NCBI GenBank assembly: GCA_964588765.1
Contig: CAZPQS010000002.1
Span: 1-40,371 of the forward strand
Direction: 5' to 3'
Length of the DNA stretch: 40,371 bases
From: an uncultured Planctomycetales bacterium
GTDB lineage: Bacteria > Omnitrophota > Gorgyraeia > Gygaellales > JAHJCI01
The stretch's first letter is position 1. Every line of letters begins with the position of its first letter. The notes under the pieces are model-generated. The model saw only the letters and a program-made list of their open reading frames with translations. It made no database searches and was not told the origin of the DNA. A program made the position numbers and the translations under genes. This document shows, piece by piece, positions 18,615 through 28,095 of the stretch.

Positions 18615-20446
18615 TGTGCGGGATAATCGGTTATATCGGAAACAGACAAGCACAACCCATACTTTTAAATGGGCTTAAGCGCTTAGAGTATCGTGGTTAC
18701 GACTCGGCAGGGATGTGCACATTTCTAAGCGATAAACAGGATCTTTCGGTAAGAAAGCTTCCCGGGAAGGTGAAATCATTGGAGGCGCTTCTTAAAAAGA
18801 GGCCGCTTCAAGGGAGCGTGGGAATTTCTCATACCCGTTGGAGCACTCACGGCGCGCCCAATCGGGTCAATGCCCATCCTCACTTGGATTGTAAAGGAGA
18901 GATAGCCGTTGTGCATAACGGGATTATTGAGAATTATACGGAGCTTAAGCAGGAATTAGTCAAGCAAGGGCATAAATTCAGAAGCCAGACCGATACCGAG
19001 GTAATCCCTCACCTGATTGAGAAATTCTACAAAAATTCATCTCTTGAGGAGGCAGTCAGAAAGGCCGCGGGATTGCTTTCCGGCTCATTTGCCATAGGCG
19101 TAATCTCAAAACGCGAGCCAGGCAAACTGGTTGGCGCGCGCTGTGCGAGCCCCTTGATTGTCGGGTTGGGCGAGAATGAGAATTTTTTAGCCTCGGATAT
19201 CCCGGCAGTCCTGGACCATACAAAGGAGATAATCTTTTTAGAAGAAAAGGAGATAGTGACTCTGGTTAAGGATAAAATAAGCATCCGTGATTTTTCCGGT
19301 CATATGCTTCAGCGTAAGCCAACGGTGATACGCTGGGATATAAAACAGGCGCAAAAGGCCGGGTTCCCTCATTTTATGCTTAAGGAGATAAATGAGCAAC
19401 CCGAGATAATCGATAATATGCTGAAATATCGGGTGAAGAACTCCCGGGTATTCTTTGAAGAATTAAAAATAACTCCCGAGGAATTAGCCAGGGTAAAGAA
19501 TGTAGTGATTATCGCCTGCGGCACAGCCTATCACGCCGGCTTAGTAGGAAAATATATATTAGAAGAATTAACAAATATTGCGGTAAGCGTTGATTTATCC
19601 AGCGAGTTCCGTTATCGCGAGCTTGTCCTGGATAAGGAAACCCTGGTGATTGCCATAAGTCAATCCGGGGAGACCGCAGATACCCTGGCTGCCTTGCGCA
19701 GGAGCAAGGAGATGGGCACCAAGACACTGGGTATTTGTAATGTCTTGGGTTCAAGCTTGACCCGTGAATGCGACGGCATAATCTATACCCATGCCGGGCC
19801 TGAGATTAGCGTTGCCTCAACCAAGGCCTATACTGCACAACTGGCTGCCTTATATTTATTTGCCGTTTATCTTGCGGGAACACATTTCAAACTTTCTTCT
19901 CAATCCCAGCAGGGCTATTTAACCGAGCTTAAGCAGATACCCCGGCTGCAGAGACGGATTTTGGCTGACCAGAAGGCAATCCGCCGCTTAGCCCGCAGGC
20001 ATTCCCACTTTGGTTCATTTCTGTTTCTGGGAAGAAATATAAACTATCCCTCTGCGCTGGAAGGGGCGTTGAAGCTTAAGGAGATTTCTTATATCCCGGC
20101 CGAAGGCTATGCTGCCGGAGAGATGAAGCATGGGCCAATAGCCCTTATTGATGAATACAGGGCAGTGGCCTGCATTTGTCCGCAGTCAAGGATTTATGAG
20201 AAGATGCTTTCCAATATCCAGGAGATTCGCGCTCGCCGGGGCAGGATAATTATTCTTGCTACCGAAGGAGACGATAAGATAAGCCAGCTTTCCCCGGAGG
20301 TTATCTATATTCCCAAGATTAATGAATTCTTTTCGCCGCTTTTAGTAATTCTCCCCTTACAATTATTAGCCTATTTTATCGCGGTTAGGCGAGGTTGCGA
20401 TATTGACCAGCCGCGCAACCTGGCAAAGTCGGTAACTGTTGAATAA
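18614..20446 (+). CDS. glmS: glutamine--fructose-6-phosphate aminotransferase
   Basis: N-terminal MCGIIGY (catalytic Cys), two SIS domains and a C-terminal AKSVTVE. Confidence 0.95.
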   Translation: MCGIIGYIGNRQAQPILLNGLKRLEYRGYDSAGMCTFLSDKQDLSVRKLPGKVKSLEALLKKRPLQGSVGISHTRWSTHGAPNRVNAHPHLDCKGEIAVVHNGIIENYTELKQELVKQGHKFRSQTDTEVIPHLIEKFYKNSSLEEAVRKAAGLLSGSFAIGVISKREPGKLVGARCASPLIVGLGENENFLASDIPAVLDHTKEIIFLEEKEIVTLVKDKISIRDFSGHMLQRKPTVIRWDIKQAQKAGFPHFMLKEINEQPEIIDNMLKYRVKNSRVFFEELKITPEELARVKNVVIIACGTAYHAGLVGKYILEELTNIAVSVDLSSEFRYRELVLDKETLVIAISQSGETADTLAALRRSKEMGTKTLGICNVLGSSLTRECDGIIYTHAGPEISVASTKAYTAQLAALYLFAVYLAGTHFKLSSQSQQGYLTELKQIPRLQRRILADQKAIRRLARRHSHFGSFLFLGRNINYPSALEGALKLKEISYIPAEGYAAGEMKHGPIALIDEYRAVACICPQSRIYEKMLSNIQEIRARRGRIIILATEGDDKISQLSPEVIYIPKINEFFSPLLVILPLQLLAYFIAVRRGCDIDQPRNLAKSVTVE

Positions 20447-20458
20447 GGTGTTAATCCC

Positions 20459-21112
20459 GTGCTATACATAGTTGCAACGCCGATAGGCAATCTTAAGGAT
20501 ATTACGCTGCGGGCAGTTGAGGTTTTAAAATCCGCAGATTTAATTGCCTGTGAGGATACGCGGCACAGCCGGATTCTCTTAAAACATTATGGCATAGAAA
20601 CGCCCACCACCAGTTATTACCAGCATAATAGATTTACCAAGGCAAGGTACGTATTGGAAAAACTAAAGAATGGTGAGGATATCGCGCTTATCTGTGATGC
20701 CGGTATGCCCGGGATTCTTGACCCGGGGTATCATTTGGTTAATCTGGCAATCCAGAATAATATCCAGATTACCGTTATCCCCGGCTCAACCGCCTTTATC
20801 TGCGCCCTTGGCCTTTCGGGCAAACCAATACATAAATTTATCTTTGAGGGTTTTCTGCCCAAAAAATCTGCCGCCCGGCACAGGCGCCTTGAAGAATTAA
20901 AAAGGCTCAACTATACCATTGTTTTTTATGAATCCTGCCATCGGATTGTGAAGACCCTGGAGGGCATTCAGGATGTATTCGGCGACATACCTATAGTGGT
21001 GGCACGCGAATTAACCAAGAAGTTCGAGGAGGTTTTAAGGTCCAGGGTTACTCAGATACGGGAGCGCTTTAACAAAGGAAGGCCGCGCGGGGAATTCGTG
21101 GTGGTGATTTAG
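20459..21112 (+). CDS. rsmI: 16S rRNA (cytidine1402-2'-O)-methyltransferase
   Basis: LYIVATPIGNLKDITLRAVEVLKSADLIACEDTRHS is the RsmI signature. GTG start. Confidence 0.9.
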   Translation: MLYIVATPIGNLKDITLRAVEVLKSADLIACEDTRHSRILLKHYGIETPTTSYYQHNRFTKARYVLEKLKNGEDIALICDAGMPGILDPGYHLVNLAIQNNIQITVIPGSTAFICALGLSGKPIHKFIFEGFLPKKSAARHRRLEELKRLNYTIVFYESCHRIVKTLEGIQDVFGDIPIVVARELTKKFEEVLRSRVTQIRERFNKGRPRGEFVVVI

Positions 21113-21882
21113 AAACTAAAGCAGATACGGCCGGATATTTGCAGGTCATTGGCGCCGTCAGAGATGCCCAGCGCTACGCCGGTTTTAACAAATATACGCG
21201 GATTGAGCTCATAGCCAAGCGTTAGCGCCCCAATGCAGACATTGTCGTTGAAATTGCGCTCAAACTCTGCCTCTCCATAGAGTTCAGCATAAATATAGAG
21301 TCTTTCGCTAAGCCCGCCGGTTAACCCCAGGCAATAGATAAATACATCATCCGAGCCCTTTCCGCCGGTAAAATAATAGCCTAAATTCAAATCAACCCAG
21401 AGATTCTCCCTTAGAGTCTTGCTGAAGATGCCGTTAAGCCATACATCCTGGTCGCCGCTACCCAGGTATTTCTCCTCATTGCCGGAATCGGTTATGAAAT
21501 CGACGTAAAAGGCAAGGGAAGGCAGGAGGTTTGTTTCCTCAAACAGGCGATATTTACTTTCTATATCAATATCCATAAACCCGTTATGCTTGGTTTCCCG
21601 GTCATAGTTGATATACCCATAGGGTATGGTCATGCCGATATCCCAGTTATCAGCCAGGCCGTAGAGCACATATAAATATAATTTGGTCTCCCGGGTTCTG
21701 GTTTTGTAATCTCCATCATAGTCATATTGGGTATCCTTGTAATATTGAACCCAGTACTCAAGCTCAAAATGGCCCTTGTCGGTAGTCCAGGTATCATCTA
21801 CAAAAAGCGCAGCATCGGCCCGGCAAGCAAGGATTAAAAGGATACCGATGCTTAAGATTAACCCAATTCTACCCCGGCGCAT
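21109..21882 (-). CDS. outer-membrane beta-barrel protein (MetA-pathway/transporter-like family, putative)
   Basis: Signal peptide MRRGRIGLILSIGILLILACRADA, alternating beta-strand pattern rich in Y/W/G/D, and a C-terminal aromatic residue (...ICFSF). Confidence 0.6.
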   Translation of the reverse strand: MRRGRIGLILSIGILLILACRADAALFVDDTWTTDKGHFELEYWVQYYKDTQYDYDGDYKTRTRETKLYLYVLYGLADNWDIGMTIPYGYINYDRETKHNGFMDIDIESKYRLFEETNLLPSLAFYVDFITDSGNEEKYLGSGDQDVWLNGIFSKTLRENLWVDLNLGYYFTGGKGSDDVFIYCLGLTGGLSERLYIYAELYGEAEFERNFNDNVCIGALTLGYELNPRIFVKTGVALGISDGANDLQISGRICFSF

Positions 21883-21889
21883 AAGGGGT

Positions 21890-21918
21890 ATATTAGACGC
21901 AGACTCTTAATTTGTCAA
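21890..21918 (-). promoter_or_regulatory. candidate promoter of the barrel gene (TTGACA-N17-TAATAT) placed 7 nt from its ATG
   Basis: The minus strand reads TTGACAAATTAAGAGTCTGCGTCTAATATACCCCTTATG. No Shine-Dalgarno sequence lies between the -10 box and the ATG. Confidence 0.4.
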
Positions 21919-21943
21919 ATAATTATTAATAGGATAATTCTCC

Positions 21944-22646
<703 letters not shown>

Positions 22647-22651
22647 GCAAT

Positions 22652-23602
22652 ATGGACATAGTTTGGAAGAAAAAGGACTTATTGGGATTAGAGGGTTTAA
22701 CCAGAGAGGAAATAGAGCTTATTTTGACAACGGCGGAATCATTCAAGGAGGTTTCCACCCGCGAGATTAAGAAGGTTCCGGCGCTGCGCGGTAAAACAGT
22801 GGTAAATTTATTTTACGAACCCTCCACCAGGACAAGGGTATCTTTTGAGATTGCCGCCAAGAGATTATCCGCAGATGTAATCAACATTATGGCAGAGACC
22901 TCCAGCATTAAAAAGGGCGAGACCTTAATTGACACGGGAACCAATATCCAGGCCCTGAAGACAGATATCATCGTGGTAAGACACAGCTGTTCGGGGGCAG
23001 CAGCAATGCTCGCCCGCCACGTGGATATAAGCGTAGTTAATGCCGGCGATGGCTGGCATGAGCACCCTACGCAGGCGCTGTTGGATATTTTGACCCTAAA
23101 AGAAAGACTGGGGAGAATCGAGAGTTTAAATGTAACTATCGTAGGAGATATTGCCCACTCACGGGTGGCGCGTTCAAATATCTGGGGATTAATCAAATTG
23201 GGCGCAAGGGTGACGGTTTGTGCGCCCCGGATGCTTATACCCGTAGCTATAGAACAAATGGGCGTGCGCGTGAGGCATGATTTAGACGATGCCTTAAAAG
23301 ATGCGGATGCAGTCAATGTTTTAAGGATGCAGTTTGAGCGTGACGAAAAGGAAGCCTTTCCCAGCCAGATAGAATACTTTAAGAATTTCGGAATAACCCG
23401 GGACAGGCTTAAAAAAGCAAAGAAGGGCATCATCGTAATGCACCCCGGTCCGCTTAATCGGGGGGTAGAGATATCCAGCGAGGTTGCTGACGGGGCAAGC
23501 TCGGTAATATTAGAGCAGGTTACCAATGGTATCGCCGCCAGGATGGCTGTGCTGTTTTTGGTATCTCAAGCTCAGGATAAGGGATATGAGGATACTGATT
23601 AA
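22652..23602 (+). CDS. pyrB: aspartate carbamoyltransferase catalytic subunit
   Basis: STRTRVSFE, HPTQALLD and HPGP motifs. Confidence 0.95.
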   Translation: MDIVWKKKDLLGLEGLTREEIELILTTAESFKEVSTREIKKVPALRGKTVVNLFYEPSTRTRVSFEIAAKRLSADVINIMAETSSIKKGETLIDTGTNIQALKTDIIVVRHSCSGAAAMLARHVDISVVNAGDGWHEHPTQALLDILTLKERLGRIESLNVTIVGDIAHSRVARSNIWGLIKLGARVTVCAPRMLIPVAIEQMGVRVRHDLDDALKDADAVNVLRMQFERDEKEAFPSQIEYFKNFGITRDRLKKAKKGIIVMHPGPLNRGVEISSEVADGASSVILEQVTNGIAARMAVLFLVSQAQDKGYEDTD

Positions 23603-24860
23603 GAACGGCCGCGTAATTGACCCGGGGAATAACATCGATGATATACGCGATATCTTGATTGAGAATTCCAAGATTACCGAGGTCAATCGAGGTATAAAAG
23701 CGGATGCAGATAAAATAATCGATGCCGTAGGAAAATTGGTTATGCCGGGCATTGTAGATATACATGTGCATTTAAGGGAGCCCGGCAGAGAAGATAAGGA
23801 GACCGTAGCCAGCGGGACATATGCTGCCATAAGGGGCGGGGTTACTTCCTGTTTGGCTATGCCCAATACCGAACCCGCTATTGATTGTGTTGAGAATGTA
23901 AGGCTGCTTAAAAATATTGTCAAAGAAACCGCAGCCGCAAATGTATTTATTGCTGCGGCTATTACCAGGGCTCGTAAGGGCAGAGAGATAACCGACATCG
24001 CCAAATTAAAAAAGGAAGGCATAGTTGCGATTACCGATGATGGCTCATCCGTTGACTACGACGAGTTGCTCTTAAAGGCATTCAAAATCGCCAGGCAAAA
24101 TAAAGTCTTGATAATCTGTCACAGCGAGGATAAATTACTCTCCGGGGGCGGCGTGGTTAATTTAGGGGTTGTTTCAACCCGGATGGGCCTAAGGGGCATT
24201 TCCAGGGAGTCAGAATATAAAAGGGTTCAGAGGGATATCCAGCTGGCAGAAAGAGCATCCGCGCCAGTCCATATTGCCCACGTGAGCTGCGGTGAATCAG
24301 TGGGGATTATTGCCAAGGCCAGGCAAAAAGGCATAAGGGTAACTGCGGAAACCGCCCCGCATTATTTTTCTTTAACCGAGGAGCAGGTCTCAGGATACGA
24401 TACCAATATGAAGGTAAATCCCCCGTTAAGAAGCAAGGATGATGTAGGGGCTGTAAGGCAAGGTTTAAAAAGCGGTATAATTGATGCGATTGCCTCAGAC
24501 CATGCGCCGCATACCGAGAGCGAAAAGGACATAGAATTTGAGCGGGCGGCATTCGGGGTTATAGGCTTGGAAACCGAATTGGCCGTAAGCATAACCGAGT
24601 TAGTCAAGCCGGGCTTATTGGATTGGACAGATTTGGTCAAGAAATTGGCCACTAATCCGGCAAGGATTCTTAAGGTTGACAAGGGGGTTTTATCAACCGG
24701 AAAGGATGCGGATATAATTGTTGTTGACCCTGAGAAGGAATGGACGGTCACCAAGGATGGTTTTTTATCTAAATCCAGGAATTCGGCATTCCTGGGCAGG
24801 AGGTTAAACGGCGTGGTTGAATATACCATCTGTAATGGTAGAATTGTGTATAGCGGATGA
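23586..24860 (+). CDS. pyrC: dihydroorotase
   Basis: Start at the ATG at 23586 (MRILIKNGRVIDP). DIHVHLREPG and SDHAPH metal-binding motifs. Overlaps the pyrB end. Confidence 0.9.
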   Translation: MRILIKNGRVIDPGNNIDDIRDILIENSKITEVNRGIKADADKIIDAVGKLVMPGIVDIHVHLREPGREDKETVASGTYAAIRGGVTSCLAMPNTEPAIDCVENVRLLKNIVKETAAANVFIAAAITRARKGREITDIAKLKKEGIVAITDDGSSVDYDELLLKAFKIARQNKVLIICHSEDKLLSGGGVVNLGVVSTRMGLRGISRESEYKRVQRDIQLAERASAPVHIAHVSCGESVGIIAKARQKGIRVTAETAPHYFSLTEEQVSGYDTNMKVNPPLRSKDDVGAVRQGLKSGIIDAIASDHAPHTESEKDIEFERAAFGVIGLETELAVSITELVKPGLLDWTDLVKKLATNPARILKVDKGVLSTGKDADIIVVDPEKEWTVTKDGFLSKSRNSAFLGRRLNGVVEYTICNGRIVYSG

Positions 24861-25339
24861 TTTCGTTAATAATAATGAAGATGCAGTTTATCTTGACTCC
24901 CGAATTGGGCAGGCTTACTAAATGGTTAAGAATCCTGGGTTTTGATGCAGTCTACTTTACTCAGGATAATTTTTCCTCTTTGCTTATTCAGGCATTAAGA
25001 GATAATCGTATCATCTTAACCCGCAATTCACGCCTTATTAATAAGGCCAGGGCAGTAAAGCTGGTTCGGATAAAAAGCGATGAAGTTAACCAGCAATTAA
25101 AACAGGTGCTTGAGGACTTAAATATCAAGCCGGATAAAGATATAATATTCAGCCGCTGCCTGATTTGCAATACAGGGTTAAATGAAATTCCCAAGCAACA
25201 GATAAAGGACAGGGTCCCTGAATACGTGTTTAAAACTCAGGATGAATTCCTGATCTGTCCCTCCTGTCAGCGTATCTATTGGTCAGGTACGCACTGGGGC
25301 AATGTTTCCAGGACGTTAAAGGAGATAGGCTCATTATAG
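24857..25339 (+). CDS. Mut7-C (DUF82) PIN-like RNase-domain protein with C-terminal zinc ribbon
   Basis: LGRLTKWLRILGFD, then CLICNTGL...ICPSCQRIYWSGTHW, typical of Mut7-C/DUF82. The ATG overlaps the pyrC TGA (ATGA); 24878 is an alternative start. Confidence 0.7.
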   Translation: MISLIIMKMQFILTPELGRLTKWLRILGFDAVYFTQDNFSSLLIQALRDNRIILTRNSRLINKARAVKLVRIKSDEVNQQLKQVLEDLNIKPDKDIIFSRCLICNTGLNEIPKQQIKDRVPEYVFKTQDEFLICPSCQRIYWSGTHWGNVSRTLKEIGSL

Positions 25340-25341
25340 AA

Positions 25342-26580
25342 ATGGAATTTATTGCCGACCTGCACATTCATTCAAAATACAGCCGGGCAACCAGCCGGGA
25401 TATGGATATTGAGCATATTGCCGAATGGGCAAAGCTAAAAGGCATAACCCTGATGGGAACAGGCGATTTTACCCATCATTTATGGCTCGAGGAATTAAGG
25501 GCGAATTTAGAGGACCTGGGTAACGGCCTGTTTAAATATCGAGATATTTATTTTATGTTAACCGCAGAGATTAGCAGTATCTATTCTAAGAATGGCCGCG
25601 GCTACCGTATTCACAATATCATCTTCGCCCCCTCGTTTAAAACAGTGGATAAGATAAATAATACCTTAAGCCGCTGGGGAAACCTGGCCTCGGATGGCCG
25701 GCCGATATTAGGTATTGATGCAGCGGAATTGGCCCGGATAATCTTTGATATCGATGAGAACTGTTTTTTTGTGCCCGCACATGCCTGGACGCCCTGGTTC
25801 AGCGTATTCGGCTCGATGTCCGGTTTTGATAAAATCGAGGACTGTTTTGAGGCACAGACGCCTAAAATATTCGCACTGGAGACCGGTCTGTCTTCGGATC
25901 CCGGCATGAACTGGCGATGGTCCAGCCTTGACCGCTTCAATCTCATATCCAATAGCGATTCCCACAGCCCTTCGCGCATTGGCCGGGAGGCAAATGTATT
26001 TAAATGCGAGTTGAGCTACAAAGATATTATAGATACCTTAAAAAACAAGGATAAGAACAGGTTTTTATACACCATAGAATTTTTCCCTGAAGAGGGGAAA
26101 TATCATTTTGACGGCCACCGGCTTTGCGGGGTAAGATTTTCACCAAAACAGACAAAAGAAAACAGGGGCCGGTGCCCTAAATGCGGCAAGCGCGTGACAG
26201 TAGGAGTAATGAGCAGGGTTGAACAGCTGTCAGATAGGCCCGAGGGCTATGCTCCTAACAACGCCATTGCCTATAAAAATCTCATTCCCCTGGATGAGAT
26301 TATTGCTGAAGCAAAGGGGGTTGGCAAGGCTAGTAAAGGGGTTGAGGCAGAATATCGTACGGCCATATCGAAATTTGGCTCAGAATTTGAAATTCTTCTC
26401 AGGGCGAAGAAAGAGGATTTGGAGAAGAACCTGCCCAGGCGCATAGCCGAGGGCGTCTTGCGTGTACGCGAGGGCCGGGTCATCGTTCAGCCCGGATTCG
26501 ACGGCGAATACGGAAAGATTTCTATATTCAGCGACGAGGAAAGACAAAAGAAGGATGAGGAGCAATTGAGTTTATTCTAA
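25342..26580 (+). CDS. endonuclease Q-like PHP-domain protein
   Basis: Start at the ATG at 25342 (MEFIADLHIHSKYSRATS). PHP-type His/Asp motifs, a CPKCGKRVTVGV zinc finger and a C-terminal QPGFDGEYGKI, as I recall for the EndoQ family. Confidence 0.7.
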   Translation: MEFIADLHIHSKYSRATSRDMDIEHIAEWAKLKGITLMGTGDFTHHLWLEELRANLEDLGNGLFKYRDIYFMLTAEISSIYSKNGRGYRIHNIIFAPSFKTVDKINNTLSRWGNLASDGRPILGIDAAELARIIFDIDENCFFVPAHAWTPWFSVFGSMSGFDKIEDCFEAQTPKIFALETGLSSDPGMNWRWSSLDRFNLISNSDSHSPSRIGREANVFKCELSYKDIIDTLKNKDKNRFLYTIEFFPEEGKYHFDGHRLCGVRFSPKQTKENRGRCPKCGKRVTVGVMSRVEQLSDRPEGYAPNNAIAYKNLIPLDEIIAEAKGVGKASKGVEAEYRTAISKFGSEFEILLRAKKEDLEKNLPRRIAEGVLRVREGRVIVQPGFDGEYGKISIFSDEERQKKDEEQLSLF

Positions 26581-27062
26581 TGAAGGCAATAATTATTTAC
26601 TATTCCTATTCAGGCAATACGCAAAAGGCGGCCGATATTTTAGCCGGATATTTACGGCAGAGATATGAGGTTAGGGTATTAAGATTAGAGGCGCAGGATG
26701 AATCGCGCTCCTTTTTTCGACAGGCAGCAAGGGCATTCTGGCATAAGAGGGCAAGGGTTTCACCCGTAGATTTTGACCTCTCGGATTATGATTTAATCTG
26801 TTTGGGGACCCCGGTTTGGGCCTTTGGACCGGCGCCGGCAATGAATGCGTATCTGGATAGGTGCTCGGGGCTTGAAGGGAGGGTTGTGGTTCTATTTACC
26901 ACCCATGGCAGCGGCGCAGGGGTTGAGAAGTGTTTCAAGTATATGGAAGACATTTTATCCAAGAAGGGTGTTAAGGGCTTCAGCAAATTCTCTATCCAGC
27001 AATTCAAGGTAAACGATAAGGAATTCGTAACCAAGGTTATCAGCGAGAATTTGAAACAATAG
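26580..27062 (+). CDS. flavodoxin-family protein
   Basis: MKAIIIYYSYSGNTQKAA is an FMN-binding loop. 160 aa. The ATG overlaps the upstream TAA (TAATG). Confidence 0.75.
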   Translation: MKAIIIYYSYSGNTQKAADILAGYLRQRYEVRVLRLEAQDESRSFFRQAARAFWHKRARVSPVDFDLSDYDLICLGTPVWAFGPAPAMNAYLDRCSGLEGRVVVLFTTHGSGAGVEKCFKYMEDILSKKGVKGFSKFSIQQFKVNDKEFVTKVISENLKQ

Positions 27063-27070
27063 CAAGAGAT

Positions 27071-27142
27071 GCGCCTGTGGCCTAATGGACAGGGCAGCGG
27101 CCTCCGGAGCCGCGTGTGCAGGTTCAAGTCCTGCCAGGCGCA
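27071..27142 (+). tRNA. tRNA-Arg (anticodon CCG)
   Basis: GCGCCTGTGGCCTAATGGACAGGGCAGCGGCCTCCGGAGCCGCGTGTGCAGGTTCAAGTCCTGCCAGGCGCA. Anticodon loop is CTCCGGA. Confidence 0.85.
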
Positions 27143-27201
27143 CGAGTTTAGTTAAGGATAATTAACCTAAGTCGTTGTAGTATGGCACGATAGGAGAGAA
27201 T

Positions 27202-27660
27202 GTGAGAAAAAGGGTATTGGGGGTTATAGGTGGACACAATTGCTCTAAAGAGGTGGAGCAATTAGCCCAAAATTTAGGTAAAAATATAGCAAAAGTGGTA
27301 GATATTTTGGTATGTGGAGGCTTAAGTGGAACAATGGAGGCGGTTTGTCAGGGTTTTAAGGCTGCTGGAGGATTAACTATAGGTATTATACCAAGTTACG
27401 ACAAAAATGATGCTAATAAGTACGTGGATATAGTTATTCCTTCTGGGCTGGGTTTAGCCAGGAATGTGCTGGTGGTAAAGAGCGCAGATGTGCTGGTGGC
27501 TTTGCCTGGTGAGGCAGGGACCCTGTCTGAGATTGCCTATGCCCTTCAATTTGGTATTCCGGTGGTTAGCTTAAAATCCTGGGATATCCCCGGCGTGATT
27601 AAGGCAGAAACAGTCCAGCAGACAATAGCTCAGGTAAAGAAAGTGGTGGGTGGCCGGTAG
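27202..27660 (+). CDS. TIGR00725-family (LOG/SLOG-like Rossmann) protein
   Basis: VLGVIGG...LVCGGLSGTMEAV...LPGEAGTLSEI matches the LOG-like PGGxGTxxE pattern. GTG start after AGGAG. Confidence 0.7.
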   Translation: MRKRVLGVIGGHNCSKEVEQLAQNLGKNIAKVVDILVCGGLSGTMEAVCQGFKAAGGLTIGIIPSYDKNDANKYVDIVIPSGLGLARNVLVVKSADVLVALPGEAGTLSEIAYALQFGIPVVSLKSWDIPGVIKAETVQQTIAQVKKVVGGR

Positions 27661-27680
27661 GCGGATAGGTATAGAGATTT

Positions 27681-28082
27681 ATGGAAAAGATAGAGATAAG
27701 AACAACCCGGCGCATAGAATTGGTTGATATAACCGATAGGATTCAACAGATAGTTGCCAAATCAAAGGTAAAACAGGGGGTCTGTTTCGTCTTTGTGCCA
27801 CATACTACAGCCGGAATAACTATTAACGAGAATGCCGACCCCTCGGTTAAGCAGGATATTATTAATACTCTTAATAAACTGATACCAGCGGGTCGAGGGT
27901 ATTCTCATTTGGAGGGCAATGCGGATAGCCATATTAAGTCTTCGCTTTTAGGTAATAGCCTGCACGTATTTATTGAGAGCGGCAGGATTTGTTTGGGCAC
28001 CTGGCAGGGTATATTTTTTGCCGAAGGCGATGGCCCGAGGACAAGGCAGGCCTGGGTCAGGATAGTAGTTGGCAGCCAATAG
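27681..28082 (+). CDS. yjbQ: YjbQ/UPF0047-family protein (secondary thiamine-phosphate synthase-like), copy 1
   Basis: VPHTTAGITINENADPSV...HLEGNADSHIKSSLLG...GTWQGIFF is the UPF0047 signature. Confidence 0.8.
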   Translation: MEKIEIRTTRRIELVDITDRIQQIVAKSKVKQGVCFVFVPHTTAGITINENADPSVKQDIINTLNKLIPAGRGYSHLEGNADSHIKSSLLGNSLHVFIESGRICLGTWQGIFFAEGDGPRTRQAWVRIVVGSQ

Positions 28083-28095
28083 ACGGGGGTTAGAG

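Noticed and set aside
22813-24829. Long minus-strand ORFs (22813-23526, 237 aa; 23510-24022, 170 aa; 24362-24829, 155 aa) antisense to pyrB and pyrC
   Set aside because: They lie entirely inside genes with unambiguous enzyme motifs on the plus strand. Their translations are low-complexity Ser/Thr/Ala/Ile-rich with no recognisable motifs. These are typical shadow ORFs.
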